A stretch of 64,000 nucleotides of DNA from a virus, in IMG/VR virus record IMGVR_UViG_3300031730_000002, positions 1-64,000 of that record; one strand, 5' to 3'. The notes under the pieces were generated by a model. It searched no databases, was not told the DNA's origin, and saw only the letters and a program-made list of their open reading frames with translations. Shown piece after piece: positions 46,652 to 56,501 of this stretch (its first letter is position 1; each line of letters begins with the position of its first letter). The translations under genes and the position numbers were made by a program.

Positions 46652-46890
46652 CTTGCGATCAACCTTTGAAGTTTTTCTTTGCTCGTCTGGCAATGCACGC
46701 AACGTATGCGACAGAGAGCAAGCCGAGCGGGAGGAATGTCACCGTCGCAATCAAGACAGTGAGCACCGTCGAAGTCAGGGTGAGACTCAGGTGCAGTAAG
46801 TGCACGAATCTTTTCCAGAGCTGAGTCGTTGTAGATCTGCTGAAGCTCAGCAGCGCGGTCCAGATTGTCACTATGCCCGCCTTGCATCAC
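46648..46890 (-). CDS. TraR/DksA C4 zinc-finger protein
   Basis: DNLDRA acidic tip, CLDC...IPPARL...CVHCQ. Confidence 0.88.
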   Translation of the reverse strand: MMQGGHSDNLDRAAELQQIYNDSALEKIRALTAPESHPDFDGAHCLDCDGDIPPARLALCRIRCVHCQTSKEKLQRLIAR

Positions 46891-47416
46891 AGGCCGCGTT
46901 GATGTACTGCTGCAACTGAAGCACGTCGACGCGAAGCTGGTCGAGACTGCCGATGTTGTTGATGATGTAGTCCTTCTCGTCAGGGATCAGACCGTGTTCG
47001 CTCGCATGCTTGCGGTCATCTTCCTTGATCGTGGTCTCGCGACCCTTGACGTGCACCAGCAGACCGCGCTCGCGCACCCAGTCGGCTTCGTTGTGGAACC
47101 GAACATCGGTGATCGTCACGCGCGCCCACATCGAGTGCTCGACGCGCGACTTGGTGATGGCCAGCCAGATGTCGGGCTGCAGCGCGCGGCCCCACTCGGT
47201 GCCCAGCGTCTGCGCCGCTTGCCGCCAGGAGAACTTGTAGCCGGGGATCGGCGCTTCCTTGTCCACCCTGTTCGGCGGCTCCGGGAAACCCATCGCGATG
47301 AGACCTTGCTTCAGCGGGCCTGCAAAAGCGATCATGTGGTAGCCAAGCAGTTGGCCGACTGTGTCTTTGCCGGCACCGCCAGCGCCTGTGATGCCGATGA
47401 CGAATGTGTCTTTCAT
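46871..47416 (-). CDS. deoxynucleoside monophosphate kinase
   Basis: GITGAGGAGKDT, FAGPLK, QTLGTEWGR, DVRFHNE, HASE. Confidence 0.92.
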   Translation of the reverse strand: MKDTFVIGITGAGGAGKDTVGQLLGYHMIAFAGPLKQGLIAMGFPEPPNRVDKEAPIPGYKFSWRQAAQTLGTEWGRALQPDIWLAITKSRVEHSMWARVTITDVRFHNEADWVRERGLLVHVKGRETTIKEDDRKHASEHGLIPDEKDYIINNIGSLDQLRVDVLQLQQYINAACDARRA

Positions 47417-48477
47417 TCTTGGTCCTTGTTGTAGATGGAACGTTCTGCTTCGGGAAGAGTGTCAATCAGATCTTGCCTTAACTGCGTAAGGCTTTCCCTG
47501 ATCTTCTTGCTGGAACTCTCGCGCATCACCAGCGGCGGGTCGCGCTGGAAATTCCAGATCTTCGCAGCGAAGTCATGCTTGTTCAGTACCTCGGGCACAA
47601 GCCTCTCGCTCAGCTGCAGCAGCTTGACCCTGTCGTTGGCCATCCACTCCTGCAAGATCTCCACGCAGTCCTGGACGATACCGATCTGCCGCTGCACGCT
47701 ACGCACTTGCGGAACGGCTGCGAGGATTGCTTCAGGCAGCGGATCATTAAGCTCCCCACCTTGCAGGAAGTAGAGCATCTGCAGTGCGGAGTCGAGCGCC
47801 TCGGCCTCGTGGAAGCGACTGTCGTTTTCGAAGACCAGTGAACGCATGCGTGCGAGCGGGTCATGGCGGTATGACGTGATGGCTGCGCCGCGCGGCGACG
47901 TTGCCAGCGCCTCTATCAGACCGGTCACCGGCACATCCCAAGGCGAGTCAGGAGCGAAGGGAATGCCGGCGACAACGCCGACCGGACCACGTTCGGGAGT
48001 CTCGACGTAGAAGTCCGAAGCCGTCTGCACGAGTGGAGCGCCGCGGGACATAGAGATCGTGTAGGCCACCTCCATGCTGAACATCGCGCCGGCATACTCT
48101 GCCAGGTTGTTAGGGAAGCCTTCAGGGATACAGAAGCGCAGATGCCGATCGCCGATGGTTGTGTTGTGCAGCAGCCTGGAGGTGCGCTTCCAGCCGAAGG
48201 CACCGATGACCTTGTCCGGCTTGCGGAACATGTCGTGCAAGCTGTTGATCCAGAACTCGTACAGCAGATCGAACGTGATGCCTTCGCGCCGATCGATGAA
48301 CTCCTGCAGGCCCAGCCCTTCGAGCACGAGCGTAGAGCCGGTCAGTGGTGGAACCTGCCACGGCAGATCGAGGTGTTTGATCTCGCCTTGCAGAAGGTCC
48401 ACAGAGCCGAAGCCGGCCCTGTGGAATGCTTGGACGATGGCCCGAACCAGCGGGCCGCGGCGGTCAGCTCGCGCCAC
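47413..48477 (-). CDS. hypothetical protein, 354 aa (possibly a degenerate Pol-beta-superfamily nucleotidyltransferase)
   Basis: Long coupled ORF; weak FGS...HLD and LQMLYFLQGGELNDPLPE resemblance. Confidence 0.55.
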   Translation of the reverse strand: MARADRRGPLVRAIVQAFHRAGFGSVDLLQGEIKHLDLPWQVPPLTGSTLVLEGLGLQEFIDRREGITFDLLYEFWINSLHDMFRKPDKVIGAFGWKRTSRLLHNTTIGDRHLRFCIPEGFPNNLAEYAGAMFSMEVAYTISMSRGAPLVQTASDFYVETPERGPVGVVAGIPFAPDSPWDVPVTGLIEALATSPRGAAITSYRHDPLARMRSLVFENDSRFHEAEALDSALQMLYFLQGGELNDPLPEAILAAVPQVRSVQRQIGIVQDCVEILQEWMANDRVKLLQLSERLVPEVLNKHDFAAKIWNFQRDPPLVMRESSSKKIRESLTQLRQDLIDTLPEAERSIYNKDQE

Positions 48478-49045
48478 CTTCGAGCACCTTGCGCTCGGCG
48501 CCGGTGTCGCGATTGAGCGCCATGTAGTCGCTGTACTTGTCGCCGTAGCGCAGCGCCAGCTTGTCGATGTTCTTGGTCAGCGCTGCGTCGAGCGTGTAGC
48601 CTGCGTAGACCAGATAACCGCACAGGCCTGTAGCGATGCCGACAACCATCTCTCGGTTGGAGACGCCACGCTCCTTCTCAGGGACAGCCACGCCGCCCAC
48701 AAGTGCAGCCGACATCAGCGCCATGTCAACGAGATCCCACAGGTCCGTTGACAGACCCTTGCCCGCCAAGAACCCGACCTTCGTCTCTTCCCAAATGTCA
48801 TCGACCAGCTTGCCGCCGAGATGCATCTCGTGCATGTACAGGTTCAGATACCAGCAGCAGTCGGCCACTTCTTCCATCATGTTGACGGCGTCGAAGGGCT
48901 TGCCATAGATGGCGAAACGCTTGACGTTGTCGGCAAGTTCGCCGATCTCGGTGACCAGACCGAGCAGCGCGTGCTTGACTTGCTGTTCGTGAGGGAAGGG
49001 CTTCGCGGTGCGAAGAGCGAGGGGCATGTATTCAGAGAAGTTCAC
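48464..49045 (-). CDS. MazG-like nucleotide pyrophosphohydrolase
   Basis: LGLVTEIGELAD...EEVADCCWY...NIDKLALRY. Confidence 0.85.
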   Translation of the reverse strand: MNFSEYMPLALRTAKPFPHEQQVKHALLGLVTEIGELADNVKRFAIYGKPFDAVNMMEEVADCCWYLNLYMHEMHLGGKLVDDIWEETKVGFLAGKGLSTDLWDLVDMALMSAALVGGVAVPEKERGVSNREMVVGIATGLCGYLVYAGYTLDAALTKNIDKLALRYGDKYSDYMALNRDTGAERKVLEGGAS

Positions 49046-49725
49046 AGGCGTGCCTTTCGGAGAGTTTCGAGGGTGTACTTGAGGTTGGGGTCGATGTCCT
49101 GCTGCAGAAGCCAGTTGCGGTAGTCGTTGGGGATGTCGGTGATCTTCTTTCCTTTGTGTTCGCCGAAGGGCATCTCGTACAGCATGCTCGGCTTGTCGCC
49201 CATGCCAATCAGCTGGGCGAAGCTGCGGCCGGTGAGGGGCACTAGTGCTTTGAGCACATCGAGCACGGTCAGGATGTCGCCCATCGCCTCGTGCGCCGGC
49301 CGCTCGGGGCAGCCCAGCTCAGTGCGCAAGGTGCCGAGCCGGTGGTTGGGTGCCGCCGGCATGTGCTTGCGCGCCATCTCCAAGGTGCAGACCTGAGCCA
49401 CGATGTTCATGTGCGGACCGAAGAAGCGACGATCAAACCGGGCGTTGTGCGCGATGAAGATGACTGGCGGTTTCTCACCCGAGAAGATGAAGCCCATGGC
49501 CTCGGCCATCGTCGGCGCGCCGCGGACATCGGCGTCGGAGATCCCGTGGATCGCTTGCGCACCAGGCTCGATCTCGACGCCAGGGTTGATCAGCGACTCC
49601 CACTGATTCAAGACATTCAGGTCGATGTCGAGTTCGAGTAGCGCGATCTCGCAAGCGCCGGCCAGTGCGCTCAGCCCAGTCGTCTCACAGTCGCCCAACA
49701 CTATCCGGGGTGTCACATCATCCAT
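49042..49725 (-). CDS. DEDDh 3'-5' exonuclease (ExoX-like)
   Basis: DCETTG, IHGI, AHNARFD, HEAMGD; C-terminal MPFGEHKG. Confidence 0.92.
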   Translation of the reverse strand: MDDVTPRIVLGDCETTGLSALAGACEIALLELDIDLNVLNQWESLINPGVEIEPGAQAIHGISDADVRGAPTMAEAMGFIFSGEKPPVIFIAHNARFDRRFFGPHMNIVAQVCTLEMARKHMPAAPNHRLGTLRTELGCPERPAHEAMGDILTVLDVLKALVPLTGRSFAQLIGMGDKPSMLYEMPFGEHKGKKITDIPNDYRNWLLQQDIDPNLKYTLETLRKARL

Positions 49726-49744
49726 GCCTGTCTTTCGTAGGTGG

Positions 49745-49771
49745 AAAAAGACCCGGCACTGCCGGGTCTTT
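49745..49771 (-). terminator. intrinsic (bidirectional) terminator
   Basis: AAAAAGACCCGGC-ACT-GCCGGGTCTTT. Confidence 0.8.
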
Positions 49772-49785
49772 CGGGGCGCTGCAGG

Positions 49786-50094
49786 TTAAGCAGCCGGTGC
49801 GGCGTTGTCGGCGAAGGTCAAGGTGAGCTTGGCCGGCGTCGAGACCGTGGCAGCCGTGTAGACGACATCAGCGGTGACAAACAGCTGGTCGGGCGTGGAC
49901 ACGGTCAGCACACCGCTTGCGCTGACGGCTTCGTCGGCCGGTGCCAGATTGGCGCTGAGCGTGTCGGCAGATGCCACCACGACAAAGCCTTCGGTCACCG
50001 ACCAGATGGCCGGCGTGTTCGGAGCAACGTCGAGGCCGGCGGCATCGACTGCGCGGAGGGTCACGGTCGCACCTTGTTTGAGAATGACTGTCAT
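49786..50094 (-). CDS. Ig-like beta protein, 102 aa
   Basis: VTLRAVDAAG...WSV...LTVS pattern; AAGGTG RBS before MTVILK (could extend to 50262). Confidence 0.55.
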   Translation of the reverse strand: MTVILKQGATVTLRAVDAAGLDVAPNTPAIWSVTEGFVVVASADTLSANLAPADEAVSASGVLTVSTPDQLFVTADVVYTAATVSTPAKLTLTFADNAAPAA

Positions 50095-50266
50095 GATCTT
50101 TTCACCTTTCAAAGTGAGTGATGTGGTGGGAGAGAAGACGAGGTAGAGCAGCTGTGGGCCGCTGGGAACAGGGAAGTAGAACTCTAGCAGCCCTGCGAGA
50201 TAGTGCAGAACAATCTGCACTGCCCTCGCAAGGCGCCGCCACAGCCTCTTCAGCGGCGCCACTGGG

Positions 50267-51112
50267 TCAACCCTCAGCGAACTCGGCCGGGCCGACCTGC
50301 AGCAAGGTCCAGTTGTTCGTGCCGGTCTTCTTGGGCACCGCCTTGATGCTCAGGATGTTCGAGCCTTCGGCCGGCTGCTTGCCTGCAGCCACGTCGAACG
50401 TGCGGTCGAAGTTGAAGCGGTCGAACGTCTTGCGGGCCTGCGACGACAGGCTGACCTGCACCGTGCGATCGAGCAGGTTGGTGGGGTTCTCGGAGGCCAG
50501 CAGCACACCGACAAGCACCATCTTCTGTGCGACCTTGGCATTCGGAAATAGTGGGCGAACTTCTTCGAGGTAGTCGGCGATGGTCTGGCCTGAATCGCTG
50601 AGCGTCACGCCGTCGTTCGAGTAGCGCACGTACTCCTTGGCCTTGGCCGAGTCGTCACCCATGCCGATGTCCCAGGCGTGTTGCCACGAGCGCAGCTCGA
50701 TCGCGATCTCGCGCCCGAGGCTGTTGCCGCTGTTGTCCTGGATGTCACCAGCGCCAGCCTTCAGTCGCTCGAAGGTGTCGTACTCGACGGTGAAAGCGTC
50801 CTTGAAGGCGTTCAAGATCGGCTCGGGCATCGCCTTCACGGCGGCGGTCAGGGCGCCCGGAGGACGCACCAGCACGGCGCGTTGGGTGCTGGCAGGCTGC
50901 TGCTGCACGGCGGGCTTGACGGGGATCTGCACGGCGGCCGGCGCTGTGGTTGACGCAGGCGTCTGCGCTGCCCCGAGCTGTGCGGTCTGCGGCGTGGTGC
51001 CGGCTGCGGGGTTGTCGGCGGGAGCCACGGTCTGCTGCACGGGGGTCTGTGCGGCGGTCTCCACTGCGGGAGCAGCTTCGGCGGTGGCGTTGGGATTGCG
51101 GCGAATCAGCAT
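50267..51112 (-). CDS. probable ssDNA-binding/replication accessory protein with a P/A/Q/T-rich N-terminus
   Basis: Own promoter, strong codon bias, next to primase-helicase; function inferred. Confidence 0.5.
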   Translation of the reverse strand: MLIRRNPNATAEAAPAVETAAQTPVQQTVAPADNPAAGTTPQTAQLGAAQTPASTTAPAAVQIPVKPAVQQQPASTQRAVLVRPPGALTAAVKAMPEPILNAFKDAFTVEYDTFERLKAGAGDIQDNSGNSLGREIAIELRSWQHAWDIGMGDDSAKAKEYVRYSNDGVTLSDSGQTIADYLEEVRPLFPNAKVAQKMVLVGVLLASENPTNLLDRTVQVSLSSQARKTFDRFNFDRTFDVAAGKQPAEGSNILSIKAVPKKTGTNNWTLLQVGPAEFAEG

Positions 51113-51171
51113 GGTGTCATTTCCTATTCAGGTTGGTAGTCACATAGTGGTCAAGAGAAGACCACGAGAGA

Positions 51172-51199
51172 AGTCTAGCGAGTTCAGTAGAAGTGTCAA
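51172..51199 (-). promoter_or_regulatory. sigma70-like promoter
   Basis: TTGACA-16 nt-TAGACT. Confidence 0.55.
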
Positions 51200-54144
51200 G
51201 TGCCTTTGAAGTTATCCACCCCCAGTTTGCGAAGTTCATTCATGTCGAAGACGAACGTGCCGCCCGGCGCCACCAGCTTGTGCGATGCGCCTTGCTCCAG
51301 CAGAGCAGTCGAGTCACGCATGGCGTGCAGGAAAGCAGGGTCGCCGGAGAAGAGCGGCTTGTAGCTGATGTTCTTGCAGTGCACGCGGTACTTGTGATAG
51401 CAGCGACGCATCGAGAACTCGATCGCTTCCTTGCCGCCGAAGTCGAAGACTGCGAAGTCCTGGCCTTTGACCAACTTCGATGGCGAGTCCTCTTCCTCGT
51501 AGCTCATCGAGGCAAAGGTGTTGAGCACCTTCAGGTACTCGGCTTGCGTGGCCGGCAACAGATCCTGCATGCGGGAGTAGATCGCATCGTCGAGCACTGC
51601 GAACTGCTCGGCAAACTCTGCCTCACCGTACACCAGATCGATGATCCGCTTGAACTGCCGCAAGCCGAACTTGCTGACGGTGAAGTTGTAGACCGAGCGC
51701 TGCTTCGCGCCCTGCTTGCGCCGCATCTCTTCGTCGGTGATGCCATCGGTCAAGTCCTGCGCGGTCAGCATGTAGTGCGCCTGCGCCGCGTTGTACATCA
51801 CATCGAACTCGGTCTTCAACTGCTCCAGGCTGTAGTTGTGGACGATGTCGGCCGCAAGGTGGCGACCGATCACCGCCATGCTCTGCTTCTCGGCCACGAA
51901 GTGCATGAAGCGTGCGTACCAGGTCAAAGCCACCGACGACGGCGGTCGCACCACCGTGACCAGGACAACACGCTCCATCGTCGCCGGCTCTTCTTCCATC
52001 ACCTCACCGACAAAGCAGACCGGCGCCGAGATCTGCGTCTGGTTCAGAGAGCGGAAATCCTCGCTGTCCCGGTTGCCGCCACCCTTCGTGATCTCGCGGT
52101 TGTTGTAGGCATCGCGCCAGAGCAGCTTGAGTTTGCTGTGCAGATCCGGCGGCATCTCGTGCGGCTTGTACTCGTCGATCAGCAGCGGGATGCTTGCCGA
52201 TGCGGCCATGTGCTGCTGCAGAGCGAACAGGCTGGACTGCGGTGTCAGCTCTTTCGGCTCCTGGTTGAAGTAGAAGAGCGACAACATCGCCCGGTTCTGC
52301 TCGGTCTTGCCTGCACCAGCTGACCCATTCACATGCAGCAACGGGAACTTCTGGTAGACCTTGTTGAACATCATCCGGTAGAAGCATGACGTGTACCAGC
52401 CCAAATAATTCCCGATCACGTCGGGCTTCTGGCAGCCGATGAACGAGTGCAAGGCCTTGCGGAAAGACTCTTTACTTTCCGTGGCTGCCCAGTCCGCAAG
52501 CTCGGGCGCGTCGCTGAGATCCGTGCGGTAGATGCCGCGTGTGTCGGGGTAGCCTTGGAAGGACATCGTGATGCCGGTGGCTGCAGCACGCGGCTCCATC
52601 ATCACGCCGCGGTTGTCTGCCCACACCATGAAAGGTTTGTGCAGCTCGGTCTGCTCGTGGCCGGGGATGTTGAGTACGTCGAGGCCTTCGCGCTTGGCGA
52701 CGTAACGGACCTTGTCGTTGCTCATAGCTTTCTGCGCTACTCGCATGTGAAGTGATCGAACATGAGCATCGCTCCCTTGCATGATGTGGGCGTAGCGCCC
52801 GGCGAATTTGTTGAAGGCCTGCAGACCAGAGAAGGTGTCCAGCTCAAGGGTCTGCGTGCCGACGCTCTTGCCGTTGACGAAGACCGTGGCTTGGTAGCAT
52901 GACACCGCACTCTTCTCGGTGTCACGCAGGATCACCACGTCATCGAATGACAGAGCGCAGATGCGCTTCTTTCCGTCCTCGGTGTTGATGTAGACCCCGT
53001 ACTTGGTCATGTCGAGACCAGCGGCGATGTCGTTGTACGCATCGCTGACCGGCACCTCGGTGCTGGCTTCAGCCGGTGCATTCGCAGCCGCTTCGATGTT
53101 CGCCGCGACTTCAGCCTCGGTGACTGGGATGCCGTCAAGGTCTGGTGCATCGTGGCTGAGCAAGGTCTTGATCGCACCGATCGAGAACTCGTAGCACGGG
53201 TTGTCGTGCGTGTAGCGGTGCATGCGCACCAGCTCGGTCGCACGCTTGTCCGGCGTGTTGTAACGGTTGCCGTCGCCACCATGAGTCTCGATCAAGCCAG
53301 CGGCCTTGGCCACCAACGTCTCTTCATTCCAGCCCATCGCATCGGCCACGATGCCGAGCTGCAGTGACAGCTGATGGAAGCCGACATCGGCCTTGATGCC
53401 TTGGCCAGCCAGCATGTAATCGAGCGAGGGCAGCTTGGTCTGGCGCAGCTTGCTGTTGTCGGTCATCGCCTTCTTGCGACGCTTGGCCAGCTTGGCGTCA
53501 ACCGCCTGCACGGCCTTGTCGTAGAGCAAGGTCAAGTCGATCGACTGTGCGGCCGGCTCGGGCTGGATCAGCGGGCGCGGCGCCGAGGTCAGCTCGGTGT
53601 ACTGCTCGGTGGTCATGGCCTTCAGCTCGGACCAGGTGATCGCCACCTTGTAGCGCCCGTTCTCGCGCTGCACGTTCGTCGAGCGCCACATGCGCCCCTT
53701 GCGCGCCGAGTAGACCCGAAGGTCAAGGTGGTCGACTGCAACAGCCAGCGCCATCTCACGGTAGAAGAGCGGCAGGTTGACGACGCCGAGCTTCGGTGCC
53801 TTGGGCATGAAGACTTCCATCGGGATCTCGCAGTGGTAGCCGCGCCCGCCGGTAGCGAAGAGCTTCACCGTGCTCATCTTCAGGCCGCGCTCCTCCATGC
53901 CCGACAGCAGCTTGACGGCTTGCGTGGTCGCCGTGTCGATGTCGTTGCAGTCCCAGTCGAGGTACATCGGACCCTCGTACTTGAGCTTGTCGATCTCTTC
54001 GCGCGATAGGTCGTCGACCATCTGCGACACAGCGAGCACGGTCGAATAGCGTGGTCGTTTCTCGGCGCAGAAGGCAGGCCACATCGGCAGCGGAATGGGC
54101 TGCCATGTTTCTTCGCCCCCAACGATTTGCACGTACTTGTACAT
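51196..54144 (-). CDS. primase (AEP/Prim-Pol)-helicase fusion, ~982 aa
   Basis: YLDWD, TGGRGYH, D(L)RVY; Walker A GSAGAGKT, Walker B LLIDE; start at MYKYVQ. Confidence 0.88.
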   Translation of the reverse strand: MYKYVQIVGGEETWQPIPLPMWPAFCAEKRPRYSTVLAVSQMVDDLSREEIDKLKYEGPMYLDWDCNDIDTATTQAVKLLSGMEERGLKMSTVKLFATGGRGYHCEIPMEVFMPKAPKLGVVNLPLFYREMALAVAVDHLDLRVYSARKGRMWRSTNVQRENGRYKVAITWSELKAMTTEQYTELTSAPRPLIQPEPAAQSIDLTLLYDKAVQAVDAKLAKRRKKAMTDNSKLRQTKLPSLDYMLAGQGIKADVGFHQLSLQLGIVADAMGWNEETLVAKAAGLIETHGGDGNRYNTPDKRATELVRMHRYTHDNPCYEFSIGAIKTLLSHDAPDLDGIPVTEAEVAANIEAAANAPAEASTEVPVSDAYNDIAAGLDMTKYGVYINTEDGKKRICALSFDDVVILRDTEKSAVSCYQATVFVNGKSVGTQTLELDTFSGLQAFNKFAGRYAHIMQGSDAHVRSLHMRVAQKAMSNDKVRYVAKREGLDVLNIPGHEQTELHKPFMVWADNRGVMMEPRAAATGITMSFQGYPDTRGIYRTDLSDAPELADWAATESKESFRKALHSFIGCQKPDVIGNYLGWYTSCFYRMMFNKVYQKFPLLHVNGSAGAGKTEQNRAMLSLFYFNQEPKELTPQSSLFALQQHMAASASIPLLIDEYKPHEMPPDLHSKLKLLWRDAYNNREITKGGGNRDSEDFRSLNQTQISAPVCFVGEVMEEEPATMERVVLVTVVRPPSSVALTWYARFMHFVAEKQSMAVIGRHLAADIVHNYSLEQLKTEFDVMYNAAQAHYMLTAQDLTDGITDEEMRRKQGAKQRSVYNFTVSKFGLRQFKRIIDLVYGEAEFAEQFAVLDDAIYSRMQDLLPATQAEYLKVLNTFASMSYEEEDSPSKLVKGQDFAVFDFGGKEAIEFSMRRCYHKYRVHCKNISYKPLFSGDPAFLHAMRDSTALLEQGASHKLVAPGGTFVFDMNELRKLGVDNFKGT

Positions 54145-54647
54145 CAGAACCTCGTGTTTGCGAACTGCGGCCACTTGTGCCGGAACTCGCCGACTGGGGT
54201 CAGGTACGTGTCTCCTGCTACCCAGTGCGTCGGGTGACTTCTCATCTTCATCGCAAGGCTTAAACGCAGTACGCTGCGGCCGGGCACCTTGGTGTTCGGC
54301 AGCCAGCGCACATCGTTGTGGTACGGGCACCAGACGAAGACATCAGGGTGTAGCTCTGTCGGGCGCTGAGCAACAAGAGTGCTGCCTTCTTCTTTGCTGG
54401 TCAGGCAAAGCTCAACGCCGTGCGTGAAGTCAACGTGCAGACCAGTCAACTCGAACGAGTCCATCACCTCTGGCGACCCATCTGCCTTCGCCTTCCACAG
54501 CACCAGGACCAAGCCCTCGTGCACAGAAATCCGGTGCGAGATCCGCAAGCGTTGCCACTTGGCGTACTGGTGCAAGGGCAGCAGCGCTGCCGCCGCCTCG
54601 ACCAGTGTCACCTCTTCGGTCTGTCGATCACTTGCCATATACCGCAT
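54144..54647 (-). CDS. hypothetical protein, 167 aa
   Basis: Coupled between helicase and primase. Confidence 0.65.
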   Translation of the reverse strand: MRYMASDRQTEEVTLVEAAAALLPLHQYAKWQRLRISHRISVHEGLVLVLWKAKADGSPEVMDSFELTGLHVDFTHGVELCLTSKEEGSTLVAQRPTELHPDVFVWCPYHNDVRWLPNTKVPGRSVLRLSLAMKMRSHPTHWVAGDTYLTPVGEFRHKWPQFANTRF

Positions 54648-56058
54648 CCCTTAGATCTTGAAAGCCGCCTTGCACTCGGTTGAGCAGCTGGTCGTTGTGG
54701 AGAAGATTCTCGAAGAGATGCTTCTGAATGGTGCCGCTTGCGATGCCGATGTGAATGTTCGGCACGTTGGGCTGGCCGTCGCGATAGACGCGGCCGACGA
54801 CCTGGTTGAAGTGCAGCGGCATGCGCGGAGCTTCGGCGAACAGCACCTCGGAGCAGACGTGCTGATAGTCGCTACCGAACCCACCCGATGCGGGCTGGAT
54901 CACTGCGATACGGCAAGTCGGATCGAACTTGAATCGCTCGCTGTTGATCTCCTGCTTCTTCTGCGAGATCGCGCCGTACATTCCAACAGCGCCGAACTCT
55001 TGCAGGTACTGCAGGATCTTTGCGGAAGTGATCTGGTAGTAGCTGCCGATGATCAGTTTGGACTTGGCGGGGTTCATCACATCAGCCGAGTCCATGACGT
55101 GATCGATCAGATCGAACGTGGTGGACCGCGCATCTTCATTGCCGGAGAAGTAGTCCCAGTTGACGATGATCTGCTGCAGCGCGTTGTACAGCTTGCTTGC
55201 GGATGTGGCGTCGATCTTGCCACCGCTTTCGAGCAGCAAGATCTGCTCTTCGGCAAGTACGTCGTACAGCGCCTTGTGCTCTTTCTCAAGCTCGTACTCG
55301 ATCGGTATGTAGTTAGGCTTCTTGAGCCCCTTGAGCACGTTCTCTTTGAGCAGCCTCGCGCTGTGCATCATCAAGTTGCTCTGCATCAGCTCAAGGTTCT
55401 TCCACTCCGTGACCTTCTCGAAGAAGTCACGCTCGGCGACGTGGATGTTTTCGAACTGGGTCTTGCTCCGGTAGATGCCCGGCGTGATCAGCTTGACGTA
55501 TGCGTAGGCATCGTGGGGAGTACTGAGCGGTGTCCCTGTGAGAAGGGCAAGGTTCGAATCCTCGGCCAGACTCGCCACCGCTTTGTGGTTAGCGGACGCC
55601 GGATTCTTGACTGACGTGGCTTCATCCACGTCGATGGTCTTTGTCTTGCCAGCAAATGCATTGTGGATTCGCTTGTAGTCGTTCTTCAGGATGCCGATCG
55701 ACATCAAGATCCACTTCGGTTTGGTCAGGTCCATCGCAGCGCGCTGCTTGAGCGTGCCGCGATAGATCAGCACGTCGCCGATACCAGGGATCGAGGTGAG
55801 CCAGCGATGCCACTGCTTGAACAGGATGGGCGGCATGATCACCACGTTCACGTCGGCGTTCCAGCACAGCGTGAGATAGGTGGCCATGACCGTCTTCCCC
55901 GTGCCGACCTCAGCATAGAGGCCCGCACGCGGGTAGTCGATCTTGTCTTCGATGACCTCGATCTGGTCAGGCCGGAGCGTGAACGGAGGCGGGTGGTCCT
56001 TCAGCACCGACAGGAGATCCCGGAGCGCCGGGGCGCTCGGTGCGAGCTGCGCGCTCAC
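54628..56058 (-). CDS. SF2 (SNF2-like) helicase
   Basis: EVGTGKT, DVDEAT, LLTGTP, QVVGRVYRDGQ. Confidence 0.9.
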   Translation of the reverse strand: MSAQLAPSAPALRDLLSVLKDHPPPFTLRPDQIEVIEDKIDYPRAGLYAEVGTGKTVMATYLTLCWNADVNVVIMPPILFKQWHRWLTSIPGIGDVLIYRGTLKQRAAMDLTKPKWILMSIGILKNDYKRIHNAFAGKTKTIDVDEATSVKNPASANHKAVASLAEDSNLALLTGTPLSTPHDAYAYVKLITPGIYRSKTQFENIHVAERDFFEKVTEWKNLELMQSNLMMHSARLLKENVLKGLKKPNYIPIEYELEKEHKALYDVLAEEQILLLESGGKIDATSASKLYNALQQIIVNWDYFSGNEDARSTTFDLIDHVMDSADVMNPAKSKLIIGSYYQITSAKILQYLQEFGAVGMYGAISQKKQEINSERFKFDPTCRIAVIQPASGGFGSDYQHVCSEVLFAEAPRMPLHFNQVVGRVYRDGQPNVPNIHIGIASGTIQKHLFENLLHNDQLLNRVQGGFQDLRDAVYGK

Positions 56059-56059
56059 C

Positions 56060-56425
56060 TCAGACCTTCAGGCGCAAGGCGTCTTTGAGGGGTTCGAACA
56101 GAACAGTCTGCTGCGGGTGCGCGTCGAGGAAGGCGCTGAAGCGCTTGATGGGCATCGTTGCAGCGGCGATGCCGAGAGTGAGACGACCGAGCGGGAAGTT
56201 GGAGTAGCCACACACCCACAGCGCCTCGCGGCTGTACCGCACATAGTCGTCAGGCGGGCCACCTGCACCAGACATGAGCCACATCAAATTGAATGCGCCG
56301 ATGTCTTCGGGATAGCACAAACCCCAGCCTACCAAGTGCTTGCCTTCGCGCTGGATGTAGTAGGTGGGGTGCACCGGCGACCAGTACGGTCGGGTGATTT
56401 GCAAGAGGAAGTCGGAGAATTCCAT
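56060..56425 (-). CDS. hypothetical protein, 121 aa
   Basis: AAGGA RBS; TTGATC-17 nt-CAGAAT upstream (~56453-56481). Confidence 0.6.
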   Translation of the reverse strand: MEFSDFLLQITRPYWSPVHPTYYIQREGKHLVGWGLCYPEDIGAFNLMWLMSGAGGPPDDYVRYSREALWVCGYSNFPLGRLTLGIAAATMPIKRFSAFLDAHPQQTVLFEPLKDALRLKV

Positions 56426-56501
56426 GCGCGTGATCCTTTCTAAGAGGGGATGATTCTGTCGTAAAGTGAGGGCCGGATCAAGCCCTCGTAAACGTGAATT
56501 T

